Notes: generated from the sequence alone by a model not told the origin. Counted from the first letter of the stretch, positions 9,474-16,500 are shown. The stretch is 33,045 nucleotides of DNA from a virus (IMGVR_UViG_3300037423_000659:1-33045), one strand, 5' to 3'. Numbers and translations: made by a program.

Positions 9474-9912
9474 TGGATGATCCTCCCTGTAGGGCGGCGC
9501 TGGCGGCTCCAAAGTCTGTAGGGCCAAACCATTCAAATATTCTGTCGTTCTTGACCGCGTCAGCGTTCCAACAATAGCTTTGTGACATCGTCAGAGGGTT
9601 GAACGGGACGAACTCCACATTGTCGTCAGCAAAGGTCGCGAACGGCTTCAGCGCCTCCCGCAGCCTCGCGTTCTCCCTCTCCAGTTCCGCTACCCGAGCC
9701 TGGAGAGCGGAGTAGGAGTTGACGGCGGTGCGGCTGTTCCATGCCACAGCTGCATCATCTGCTGAACCCTTGTAAGGCCCTTCGCATCCGCAACCGTCGT
9801 TGTCACATATTATCCAGAAAGTACCCAAGCCGTTGTTCTCAGCCTCACTTTCCGGAGCGCCGCCGCAAAACGGGCACGGCAGAAGGTCTATATTCGTCTC
9901 AGGCGCTCTCAT
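9466..9912 (-). CDS. lar: Lar family restriction-alleviation-like protein
   Basis: 'LLPCPFCGG...C..DGCG...AAVAWNSR' Lar zinc-binding signature plus a C-terminal extension. Confidence 0.75.
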   Translation of the reverse strand: MRAPETNIDLLPCPFCGGAPESEAENNGLGTFWIICDNDGCGCEGPYKGSADDAAVAWNSRTAVNSYSALQARVAELERENARLREALKPFATFADDNVEFVPFNPLTMSQSYCWNADAVKNDRIFEWFGPTDFGAASAALQGGSSNG

Positions 9913-10355
9913 TGGTGGGCTCCAGTGCGATATCCAAGTGCATCGACAGCGTCCCGTTCAATTTGCTTGACCATAGCGGCGTCTTCGTCGCTTAGATGCT
10001 CGCCAAGCGCATGTTCCAAGTGCTCAATCTCAGCGACCAACGTCAGGCAATTCCGTGCGGACTGCCTAGGATTTTTGCCAAATATCCGCCTATGGTGCTG
10101 GATAAGTTCAAGCTCATCGTCGCTCAGGATCGGCTGCGAAATGTCAGTGCCAAGCAGCGTGTTGATGCTGGTATTCAGGGCAGAGGATACGGCTAAGAGC
10201 ATCGATATCGTCGGGTTGACGGAATTGCCCTTCTCCAAATCCCAAATGTGCGATTTGCTTGTGTCGGCGCGGCGGGCGACTTCCTCCAGGCTGATGCCGA
10301 GTTCCTTGCGGCGCTTAGCAATGGCTGGCCCGATGTTGCTGACGACGTCTCCCAT
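9909..10355 (-). CDS. XRE-family HTH transcriptional regulator
   Basis: 'IAKRRKELGISLEEVARRADTSKSHIWDLEKG..NPT' HTH_3 pattern; start MGDVVS at 10355. Confidence 0.85.
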   Translation of the reverse strand: MGDVVSNIGPAIAKRRKELGISLEEVARRADTSKSHIWDLEKGNSVNPTISMLLAVSSALNTSINTLLGTDISQPILSDDELELIQHHRRIFGKNPRQSARNCLTLVAEIEHLEHALGEHLSDEDAAMVKQIERDAVDALGYRTGAHQ

Positions 10356-10564
10356 CACACCACCTCGCTTTCGCGCTGAGCGCAGAACTTGTTGACGCGA
10401 CCGATCTGCCAGAGCGCTGCGGTAAGCTGCCGCTGGACATCCTCGACGGTGGCGCCGGCTGCGAACTGGCTGCCCATCCAATCGCCGAGCGAGGGAAGGA
10501 CGTTGACCCGTACCGCAGCAGCCAGCATCAGTTTTGGATCAGTAGAGATGTAGAGCTTACGCAT
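10355..10564 (-). CDS. hypothetical phage protein
   Basis: Start MRKLYI at 10564; stop overlaps the next ATG. Confidence 0.55.
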   Translation of the reverse strand: MRKLYISTDPKLMLAAAVRVNVLPSLGDWMGSQFAAGATVEDVQRQLTAALWQIGRVNKFCAQRESEVV

Positions 10565-10575
10565 CGTCGCGGTCT

Positions 10576-10941
10576 CTATGCTCGCGAGTGATCGTAAGAG
10601 ACTGACAGGATTGCCCTGCGGTGCGCGACCTGGGCCGCGATGTCGTCCTCGTCCAGGCCGTCGATCTGGTCGAGGAAACAACTATCCACAGCCCCGCGCG
10701 GGCCGGTGACGTTGAACATCTCGTCGGATATGTACGAGCCGTCGCCGCCAAGCTGATAGGCAAGCCCCTCGAAGCTGGCGAACATGTCGGCCATGAAAGA
10801 CCGGAATGCTTCCCGGTTCGTGCGCGGGTCGTTATTGCGGTCAAGCTCGGCTTTCGCGCGGGAGATCGCTGCGTGCATGCTGTCGTAATGGTTTGCCATT
10901 GTCGTTGATCCTTGGGCGCGGGAAGTGATGGTGATGGACAT
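10576..10941 (-). CDS. hypothetical phage protein
   Basis: 121-aa ORF with GGAG upstream (alternative start 10899). Confidence 0.65.
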   Translation of the reverse strand: MSITITSRAQGSTTMANHYDSMHAAISRAKAELDRNNDPRTNREAFRSFMADMFASFEGLAYQLGGDGSYISDEMFNVTGPRGAVDSCFLDQIDGLDEDDIAAQVAHRRAILSVSYDHSRA

Positions 10942-10946
10942 GGGCG

Positions 10947-11348
10947 TTACTCCGCGGCGTCCGCAGAGAACCGATCCTCGAAATGGCTGCGATACCAGTC
11001 TAGCATGATCGAGTTCATGTATTCGTTGATGTGTGGCGGGAATGGCGTATCGACGTGCCGCAACAACGGCTCAATACGCTCCGAGAAATACAGGCTCGAA
11101 CCGTCGTGCCAGCAAGGGCACTTCAAAAGCCAGCATTCCTCGTGATCGGGCTTATCGGAATTGAAGTCGTACATCGGCGTCTTGCTGTGTTTCTCGACGC
11201 CGCCGTAATATTCCTCAGGCCATCTCCAGCCTTCGGACGGAACGGGCTCGGCCCAAATGTGGATCGCGCCCTTATCGCCAATCGCCGTCCACATGTGCCG
11301 CGTTGTGTCGCCTTCTGGCGGAAGATACTTGTACTCAAGGTTTGCCAT
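10947..11348 (-). CDS. hypothetical phage protein
   Basis: 133 aa; 'EKHS.TP......C..L...CWHDGSSL' putative metal-binding motif. Confidence 0.72.
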   Translation of the reverse strand: MANLEYKYLPPEGDTTRHMWTAIGDKGAIHIWAEPVPSEGWRWPEEYYGGVEKHSKTPMYDFNSDKPDHEECWLLKCPCWHDGSSLYFSERIEPLLRHVDTPFPPHINEYMNSIMLDWYRSHFEDRFSADAAE

Positions 11349-11445
11349 CTCATTCCGTCCTTCCGTCTATCCGCATAAGCTCCACGAGGAGGCGTGCGGG
11401 TGATGAGGTGAGCCTTTTCTCTTCGATGCTCAGGAAGGGGGTAGA

Positions 11446-11805
11446 TCAGTCCGCAACTCGCCGAGCCTGTTCGAGGAACGGGTTGAATTCGCGGGAAATG
11501 CGGATTTCGAAGATGCCAGCCGTGAGATCGTAGCCGCCGTGCGGGTTGGCCGCATCCTGAATGAACTGTTCCGGTTCCGTCAGGATGGCGTAGAAAATCT
11601 GCATGCCCTGCGGGACGCGGCTGGTGCGCTCCATGACATCGCCGCCGGTCAAAACGTGATGATGTCCGCTTTCCGAATGCGAGATGATGAAGCCTCGCTT
11701 AGCGCGTTCGACCGGCTTGGTTTCGATGTCGGCCGGAAGTCGATCGATGCGGCGGATATTGCATTCGCCCTGAGCGACGGGAAGATTTGAGACGACGAAG
11801 TTCAT
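11446..11805 (-). CDS. small His-motif partner of the DUF6745-like protein
   Basis: 'AQGE..IRR...LP...HSESGHHH...H....L..G.FEI...RE.....RRVAD' pattern, which I recognise as recurring beside DUF6745-type genes; AAAGGA SD. Confidence 0.75.
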   Translation of the reverse strand: MNFVVSNLPVAQGECNIRRIDRLPADIETKPVERAKRGFIISHSESGHHHVLTGGDVMERTSRVPQGMQIFYAILTEPEQFIQDAANPHGGYDLTAGIFEIRISREFNPFLEQARRVAD

Positions 11806-11816
11806 TGCAGTTCCTT

Positions 11817-12983
11817 TCAGGTTCTGTGGGCTGGGTGGATGTAGTCTGATTGAGGATCACCGATCCGCCATGCCTGCGCGGCAATGGCCGTATTAATTGG
11901 CAAGTTGTCGATGTCGGAGACGTAGGGGATACCTTCGACACAAATGCCGTTTCGAGGGCATTTCATTTTCAAGAAGCGGCCTGGCTGAGAAAGACCTGGC
12001 AAGGTGAGTTCGATCAGCTCGCCGACATCTTCGCTCTCGTGCTTGTCGATCGTCTTGGCCTTGAGGACGGACAGCATGCGCGGCCAGCCGATTATCGCCG
12101 CGCCCACGGCGCGTTGCTCGACGTTGTCGGCCTTCAAGATGATTGCTGGATCGATTGTGGTCTTCTGTTCGATCCATTCAGACGGCACGCGAGTTCCGTG
12201 CCAAGCATGGATAGAAAATCCATCCTCGTATCGGATAGCGGGGCCTGTTTCGCAGTGGATGCGACCGTCATCGTCCAGATGACATTCGGCATGCCGCTCG
12301 CTAACGAAGCAAACGCCTTCGTATGGCAAGGCCCACCCGGAAGACTGGCAAAGCTCCCACAGGCCGCGAAGCTTTTCAGTCTGCTCTTTCAAGTCGCATT
12401 CGCGATGAAAGAACATGTAGAATGCCAGCCATGAGGCGTCATGTTGACCATAGACGCTGTCCCCGACGCTGGCCCCGACGCTGGCCCAGACGCTGGCCCC
12501 GACGCTGGCCCAGACGCTGGCCCCGACGCTGGCCCCGACGCTGGCCCTGACGCTGGCCCCGACGCTGGCCCTGACGCTGGCCCCGACGCTGGCCCCGACG
12601 CTGGCCCTGACGCTGGCCCTGACGCTGTCCCCGACGCTGGCCCCGACGCTGGCCCCGACGCTGGCCCTGACGCTGTCCCCGACGCTGGCCCAGACGCTGG
12701 CCCAGACGCTGGCCCTGACGCTGGCCCTGACGCTGTCCCCGACGCTGGCCCTGACATCACTCTTCAAGACCCCAAGAGCGAGAGCGTTTGCGAGCGGGCT
12801 TTTCGTCCAGATAATGCGAGGCTCTTTCAGCCCTGCGGACGAATACATGAGCCTGATGGCGGCTTCGGCCCGTGGCTTGTCTGCCGGGTCTGTGGACAGG
12901 CCGTAGCCTTTCCACTCGGCCACATATGCCGGAAACTTGTCGATTTGCTCTCGCGTCAGTTTTTCAATTTTTGCCATTCCCAT
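11817..12983 (-). CDS. DUF6745-like protein with internal tetrapeptide repeats
   Basis: 'W...GLST.PAD..RAE.AI..MY...GL..P.IIW..SP' N-terminus; 'GRIHCETGPAIRYEDGF..HAWHG.RVP', 'NVEQR', 'A..AQAW' C-terminus. Confidence 0.82.
   Translation of the reverse strand: MGMAKIEKLTREQIDKFPAYVAEWKGYGLSTDPADKPRAEAAIRLMYSSAGLKEPRIIWTKSPLANALALGVLKSDVRASVGDSVRASVRASVWASVWASVGDSVRASVGASVGASVGDSVRASVRASVGASVGASVRASVGASVRASVGASVGASVWASVGASVWASVGASVGDSVYGQHDASWLAFYMFFHRECDLKEQTEKLRGLWELCQSSGWALPYEGVCFVSERHAECHLDDDGRIHCETGPAIRYEDGFSIHAWHGTRVPSEWIEQKTTIDPAIILKADNVEQRAVGAAIIGWPRMLSVLKAKTIDKHESEDVGELIELTLPGLSQPGRFLKMKCPRNGICVEGIPYVSDIDNLPINTAIAAQAWRIGDPQSDYIHPAHRT
12456..12755 (-). repeat. 25 x 12-bp in-frame tandem repeat GTC-(G/A/T)GG-G(C/A)C-AGC encoding V(G/R/W)(A/D)S
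   Basis: Counted directly: 9 VGAS, 8 VRAS, 4 VWAS, 4 VGDS. Confidence 0.97.
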
Positions 12984-13087
12984 CGTCCTCTATCTCTCAG
13001 CTTCCCGTAGCTTCGGCTGGGCCGGTGTCGGGGGGCCGGTTCCTATCGAAGGTTTAGAAATTGGCCCGTAGGCCAATGCCTAAGCCG

Positions 13088-13285
13088 TCAGGCTGCGCGA
13101 CGTCGAAGAGCTGACGTGCTAAACCAATGACAAGCGAGCAACTCTGCTTCGTGAGCAGCAAATCCTGCTCTGGAAACCAGAAGCCGTTCTACATTTTCGC
13201 GTGAGAGCGCGTTGACGATGGCCATGCGGAAGATCGCTCCGAGCCGGATGTTCAGAACTGCGTCAGTGATTTTCTTGGTTGCCAT
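13088..13285 (-). CDS. first gene of the PL operon, hypothetical (65 aa)
   Basis: Strong AAGGAGG SD; sits where lambdoid N/24 genes lie, but no motif recognised. Confidence 0.65.
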   Translation of the reverse strand: MATKKITDAVLNIRLGAIFRMAIVNALSRENVERLLVSRAGFAAHEAELLACHWFSTSALRRRAA

Positions 13286-13348
13286 CTTCGCCTCCTTGGT
13301 TCTGGTTCCTGCCGCTTCCCGTCAATGTGTTCGGCGGCTGATGGAAAC

Positions 13349-13378
13349 AATCTACAATCATTCTTGTGAGACTGTCAA
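13349..13378 (-). promoter_or_regulatory. PL-like early-left promoter
   Basis: TTGACA (13378-13373), 18-bp spacer, TAGATT (13354-13349); overlapped by operators. Confidence 0.75.
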
Positions 13379-13391
13379 CAAGGAAAATTGT
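13354..13391. promoter_or_regulatory. OL operators: ACAA-TCATTC-TTGT (13354-13367) and ACAA-GGAAAA-TTGT (13378-13391)
   Basis: Two perfect ACAA-N6-TTGT palindromes 24 bp apart; this is the 434/16-3-type operator consensus. Confidence 0.85.
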
Positions 13392-13454
13392 AAAAACGGG
13401 CGTGATGCGGCCCAATTGGGAAAATAATTGTAGACAATGATTGTAGATTAGGGG

Positions 13455-13491
13455 AAAAGAAAAGCGCCGGCGGGATGATCCGACCGGCGCT
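13455..13491 (-). terminator. intrinsic terminator (minus strand)
   Basis: AGCGCCGG/CCGGCGCT stem (13463-13491) followed on the minus strand by TTTTCTTTT. Confidence 0.8.
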
Positions 13492-13499
13492 GTGGCATA

Positions 13500-14000
13500 A
13501 CCAATTGAGAACCGATGCATACCAAACTTGGTATACAAAAGCAACGGGTTGAATGTGCTGCAGGCGAAGAAAAACGCAAAATCTTGGGCCTGCTCGGATG
13601 TTCCCGCCAAGATGATGTGTTCAGAAGCGCAAGCGCAGCGGTCTTACTCGGGTCTTCACCCGCGCCGCCGATCAATCCGGCCTATGAAATCCCAAGCGGT
13701 GACCGGCTCCCAGGCTGAACGGATAGGCATGACGGGATGATGATCCGTCCGAATGGTTTGAACGCGACTTGAGGAACAGACACGGCAACCGAAGCACCAC
13801 AGTATTCTGACGCGTTCCGAAGGGCGTGACTGCCCGAATGGATGTCAGGTGAAGCGCGGGCAGGGTACCGCGAAAACAATGCTAGCCGTGGATATCATGT
13901 CTTGAAAGCGTTCCGGGGTCCAACATACGGGTGCCCTGGCTGGATGGTGAGCCGCCCTTTCGTGGTGGTGAAGGACCATCTTGATTGCTAGAACTATGCC
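13500..14000 (+). ncRNA. candidate large structured non-coding RNA or origin region
   Basis: No credible ORF; at least 7 stems, several with G-U pairs that work only on the + strand (see findings). Confidence 0.4.
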
Positions 14001-14006
14001 TACAGC

Positions 14007-14702
14007 CTAGAATGTCCGGCTAACGACCAGCAAACCCTTGGCAATGATTTCCCATTGCTCGTCCTCGCTGCCATCGAATCTAATCGGGTCTTTAAACCGA
14101 TCGTCGGTAGATTCCGGCCAGAATTCACGAGTTCCATCTTTCTGAAAACGCAGGCGTTTAATCGATCGTTCCCGTAAGTGCCCCCTCGTTCGCTCGATGA
14201 TAACATAGTCGCCAGATCGGGCGTCATTGAGCGGATCGACATAAGGCGTGGCAATCCAATATTGGCCAGGCAGTGCCATCCGGTTCATTGATTCGCCCTG
14301 TACGAGATAGGCCCACTGAGGCAACGGCAAATCGGGGAAAATGGAGCCAAGATATTGCGGCTCTGGATTGTCTTCGATTTCGCGGAAAGCTCCCGCCTCG
14401 ACGCTCCCCTTGATTGGGATCAGGCCGGCGGCTGCTTCTTCCAAGCCGCCGGGGAGTGCTACGATGTCACCTGTTTCCGCCTCTTCTGCATGAGGGATCA
14501 GAGCTAAAAATGACGGGTCCAGTTCATAGGGATAGACATCAAGCGCCTTGGCTATTTCCAGGAGGAACTTTGTCCTTTTGATTTTCCCGCGCTCGATTTG
14601 ATCGATGAGCTGCTGCGAGACGCGGGCTCTCTTAGCCAGTTCGGGTTGTGACAACCCTTTGGCTTCCCTCAGTTCTCTGATCTTTTCGCCATTCACTGCC
14701 AT
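14007..14702 (-). CDS. cI: CI-like repressor (XRE HTH + S24 autopeptidase)
   Basis: 'GLSQPELAKRARVSQQLIDQIERGKIKRTKFLLEIAKAL' closely resembles the 434 repressor HTH; 'AG' cleavage site (EAGAF), 'V.GESM' catalytic Ser, 'IKRL' Lys. True start may be GTG 14696 by SD spacing. Confidence 0.93.
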   Translation of the reverse strand: MAVNGEKIRELREAKGLSQPELAKRARVSQQLIDQIERGKIKRTKFLLEIAKALDVYPYELDPSFLALIPHAEEAETGDIVALPGGLEEAAAGLIPIKGSVEAGAFREIEDNPEPQYLGSIFPDLPLPQWAYLVQGESMNRMALPGQYWIATPYVDPLNDARSGDYVIIERTRGHLRERSIKRLRFQKDGTREFWPESTDDRFKDPIRFDGSEDEQWEIIAKGLLVVSRTF

Positions 14703-14714
14703 ACCCCCTTAATA

Positions 14715-14776
14715 ACAAGACAGTTTGTGAGTCGCCTTACAAGATTGATAGTTGACAGAGACACTAGTGATCTTGT
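14715..14776. promoter_or_regulatory. OR operators: ACAA-GACAGT-TTGT (14715-28), ACAA-GATTGA-TAGT (14739-52), ACTA-GTGATC-TTGT (14763-76)
   Basis: Three 14-bp sites at an exact 24-bp period between the divergent cI and cro genes. Confidence 0.85.
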
Positions 14777-14781
14777 ACAAC
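14752..14781 (+). promoter_or_regulatory. PR-like early-right promoter
   Basis: TTGACA (14752-57), 18-bp spacer, TACAAC (14776-81). Confidence 0.7.
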
Positions 14782-14787
14782 GATTGT

Positions 14788-15045
14788 ATGAGCACTTTTC
14801 GTGACGACATTCAACACGCCATCGAACTGATGGGTAGCCAGAGCAAACTGGCCACGGAGTTGGGCTGCACCCAGCAGGCCATCTCATTCATGCTTTCCGA
14901 CCGATGCAAGAAGATCAGCGCCGAAATGGCGGTAAAGATCGATAGGGCAACGGGAGGGCAGGTTTCCAAGGAGAAGCTCAGGCCGGATGTGTTCGGCCTC
15001 CCAGCACCTGAGGGTGCCTCTGAGAACGTCGGAGCCGCGGCATGA
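14788..15045 (+). CDS. cro: Cro/YdaS-like antirepressor
   Basis: 'AIELMGSQSKLATELGCTQQAIS...SAEMAVKIDRATGGQVSKEKLRPDVF' YdaS/Cro pattern; divergent from cI. Confidence 0.9.
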   Translation: MSTFRDDIQHAIELMGSQSKLATELGCTQQAISFMLSDRCKKISAEMAVKIDRATGGQVSKEKLRPDVFGLPAPEGASENVGAAA

Positions 15046-15578
15046 GCAAGCCATTTCGCCGCAAGACGCCAAATGGCTTCTATGAACCTGCTCTGACATC
15101 GTCGCGCTTCCACATCTACACCGATGGTGCATGCGAGCCGAACCCAGGCGCCGGCGGATGGGCCTTCGTCGTCATCGAAAGCGGCATTGAGATCAACAAC
15201 CGCAACGGCGGCGATATCCAAGCGACGAACAATATCATGGAACTCATCGCGATCCTGCGGGCGCTGGAATACGCCAAGGCGTCGGCGCTGCCCGTGGCCG
15301 ACACGGTAATCTATTCCGATAGCCAGTATTGCGTTCGAGGCTGCACAGAATGGCGGCACGGATGGCAGAGGAAAGGCTGGACGCGCGGCAAGGAAGCGCT
15401 CGCTAATGCTGGACTGTGGAAGGCGATCGCCGCCGCCCATGACGCCTTCCCGTGCAAGATAATTTGGGTTCGCGGCCACAGCGGCGTTCCCGGCAACGAA
15501 CGCGCTGACAGGCTGGCAGATAAGGGCAGGGCCTATGCGATTGAGCATCGCGTCACCGACGTAGGTGTTGCAGCATGA
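15042..15578 (+). CDS. rnhA: ribonuclease HI
   Basis: 'IYTDGAC.PNPG.GGW', 'TNN.MEL.A', 'SDSQY', 'WVRGHSG..GNERADRLA'; all catalytic D/E/D/D residues and the His are present. Confidence 0.95.
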   Translation: MSKPFRRKTPNGFYEPALTSSRFHIYTDGACEPNPGAGGWAFVVIESGIEINNRNGGDIQATNNIMELIAILRALEYAKASALPVADTVIYSDSQYCVRGCTEWRHGWQRKGWTRGKEALANAGLWKAIAAAHDAFPCKIIWVRGHSGVPGNERADRLADKGRAYAIEHRVTDVGVAA

Positions 15579-15646
15579 CCCTCTCCCCCTATCCCATCTC
15601 CCGCCGTCTCCCGGCTCATAAGCGCTCCAATGAGGTGACGGGATGA
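15575..15646 (+). CDS. 23-aa bridging mini-ORF (MTLSPYPISRRLPAHKRSNEVTG)
   Basis: ATGA overlap with the rnh stop and with the next gene's start; absent from the ORF track. Confidence 0.4.
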   Translation: MTLSPYPISRRLPAHKRSNEVTG

Positions 15647-15975
15647 GCACAGACAATCGGTTCGAACTCAAAGCGCAGAAGCTTCCAGAGGCGGAATATC
15701 CGAAAGAAATCTGGTTTTCTGCGCTCAATGCCTATCGTGAAATTGGGCTCAGGCAGGGCGGAGCCACATCTGACCGCGTGAATGCAATTGTGGACGCTAT
15801 CTTGGCCGAACGTGGAGCCGAGCGTGAGCGCTGCGCCAAGATTGCCGATGCACAGGCGGTAGATTGGCTCCAAGGAGTCAAGAAGGCGAACTCCATCGAG
15901 GCGCTCAACTATGCCAACGGTCGGCAAGACGGTGCGCAGGTCATCGCCGCCGCCATCCGCAAGGGAGGCGAATAG
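15643..15975 (+). CDS. hypothetical phage protein
   Basis: 'AERERCAKIAD...IAAAIR' accessory motif; GAGGT SD. Confidence 0.75.
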   Translation: MSTDNRFELKAQKLPEAEYPKEIWFSALNAYREIGLRQGGATSDRVNAIVDAILAERGAERERCAKIADAQAVDWLQGVKKANSIEALNYANGRQDGAQVIAAAIRKGGE

Positions 15976-16218
15976 ATGGCGCGCCAATACGTAATCACCG
16001 AAGCCGAATATCAGTCTCTCTTGGACAAGCTGGAGCTTCACAAGCTTCGCGAGGAAAACGTCGCTGATCCTTACCGTCACCTTGATGATGAATGGCGCAA
16101 TCTCTCCGACAAGGAAAAGGCCAACATTAAGCCGGCGATCGATAGCATTGCTCGCGGGTTCCATTTCGTCGTCGTCCGGTGGGCGCAGGAAATGGGTTTT
16201 GATGGACGGAGGAAGTGA
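15976..16218 (+). CDS. hypothetical phage protein
   Basis: GGAGG SD, 80 aa. Confidence 0.7.
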   Translation: MARQYVITEAEYQSLLDKLELHKLREENVADPYRHLDDEWRNLSDKEKANIKPAIDSIARGFHFVVVRWAQEMGFDGRRK

Positions 16219-16224
16219 CGAGCC

Positions 16225-16500
16225 ATGTGGAACCTTGATCTCAGCTCCATCCCCCGCGATACGTTCATCTGGGCAGCCACCCACAAGGGCGAAGTTGTCC
16301 GCACTCGGTTCATCGCCAAGTCCAAGACAGTCAAGGAACCGTTCTGGCAGGGCGTCGGGCCGGAGACATGCATTCTCGCGTGGCAGCCATTCATCCGGCC
16401 AGCTCATCCATTTGCAGACGCTGGCGAGGCCAGAGCCGAAATAGGCGCCATCCTGGCCGCAGAGCACCTGCCGATCATCAACGACGTTGTGGGAATGTAA
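16225..16500 (+). CDS. hypothetical phage protein
   Basis: 91-aa ORF in the operon. Confidence 0.65.
   Translation: MWNLDLSSIPRDTFIWAATHKGEVVRTRFIAKSKTVKEPFWQGVGPETCILAWQPFIRPAHPFADAGEARAEIGAILAAEHLPIINDVVGM

Noticed and set aside
12456-12755. CRISPR array or DGR template/variable repeat
   Set aside because: Units are contiguous with no spacers, no cas or reverse transcriptase gene is in the window, and there is no separate TR/VR pair.
12323-13010. ORFs with PDAG, GPAS or RRWP repeats
   Set aside because: Alternative-frame readings of the 12-bp repeat; only the V(G/R/W)(A/D)S frame is embedded in a recognisable protein.
13625-13642. GAAGCGCAAGCGCAGCGG resembling plasmid primosome-assembly (ssi/pas) sequences
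   Set aside because: Too short and GC-rich to distinguish from chance without an alignment; noted only as a weak hint.
13263-13879. Short ORFs in the PL-cI gap (13263-13610, 13448-13675, 13515-13718, 13528-13740, 13682-13879)
   Set aside because: No good SD, atypical composition, and some cross the terminator or operators. They cannot be fully excluded, since phage 16-3 has overlapping immunity genes.
14811-15728. 305-aa minus-strand ORF
   Set aside because: Antisense to the clearly recognisable cro and RNase HI genes.
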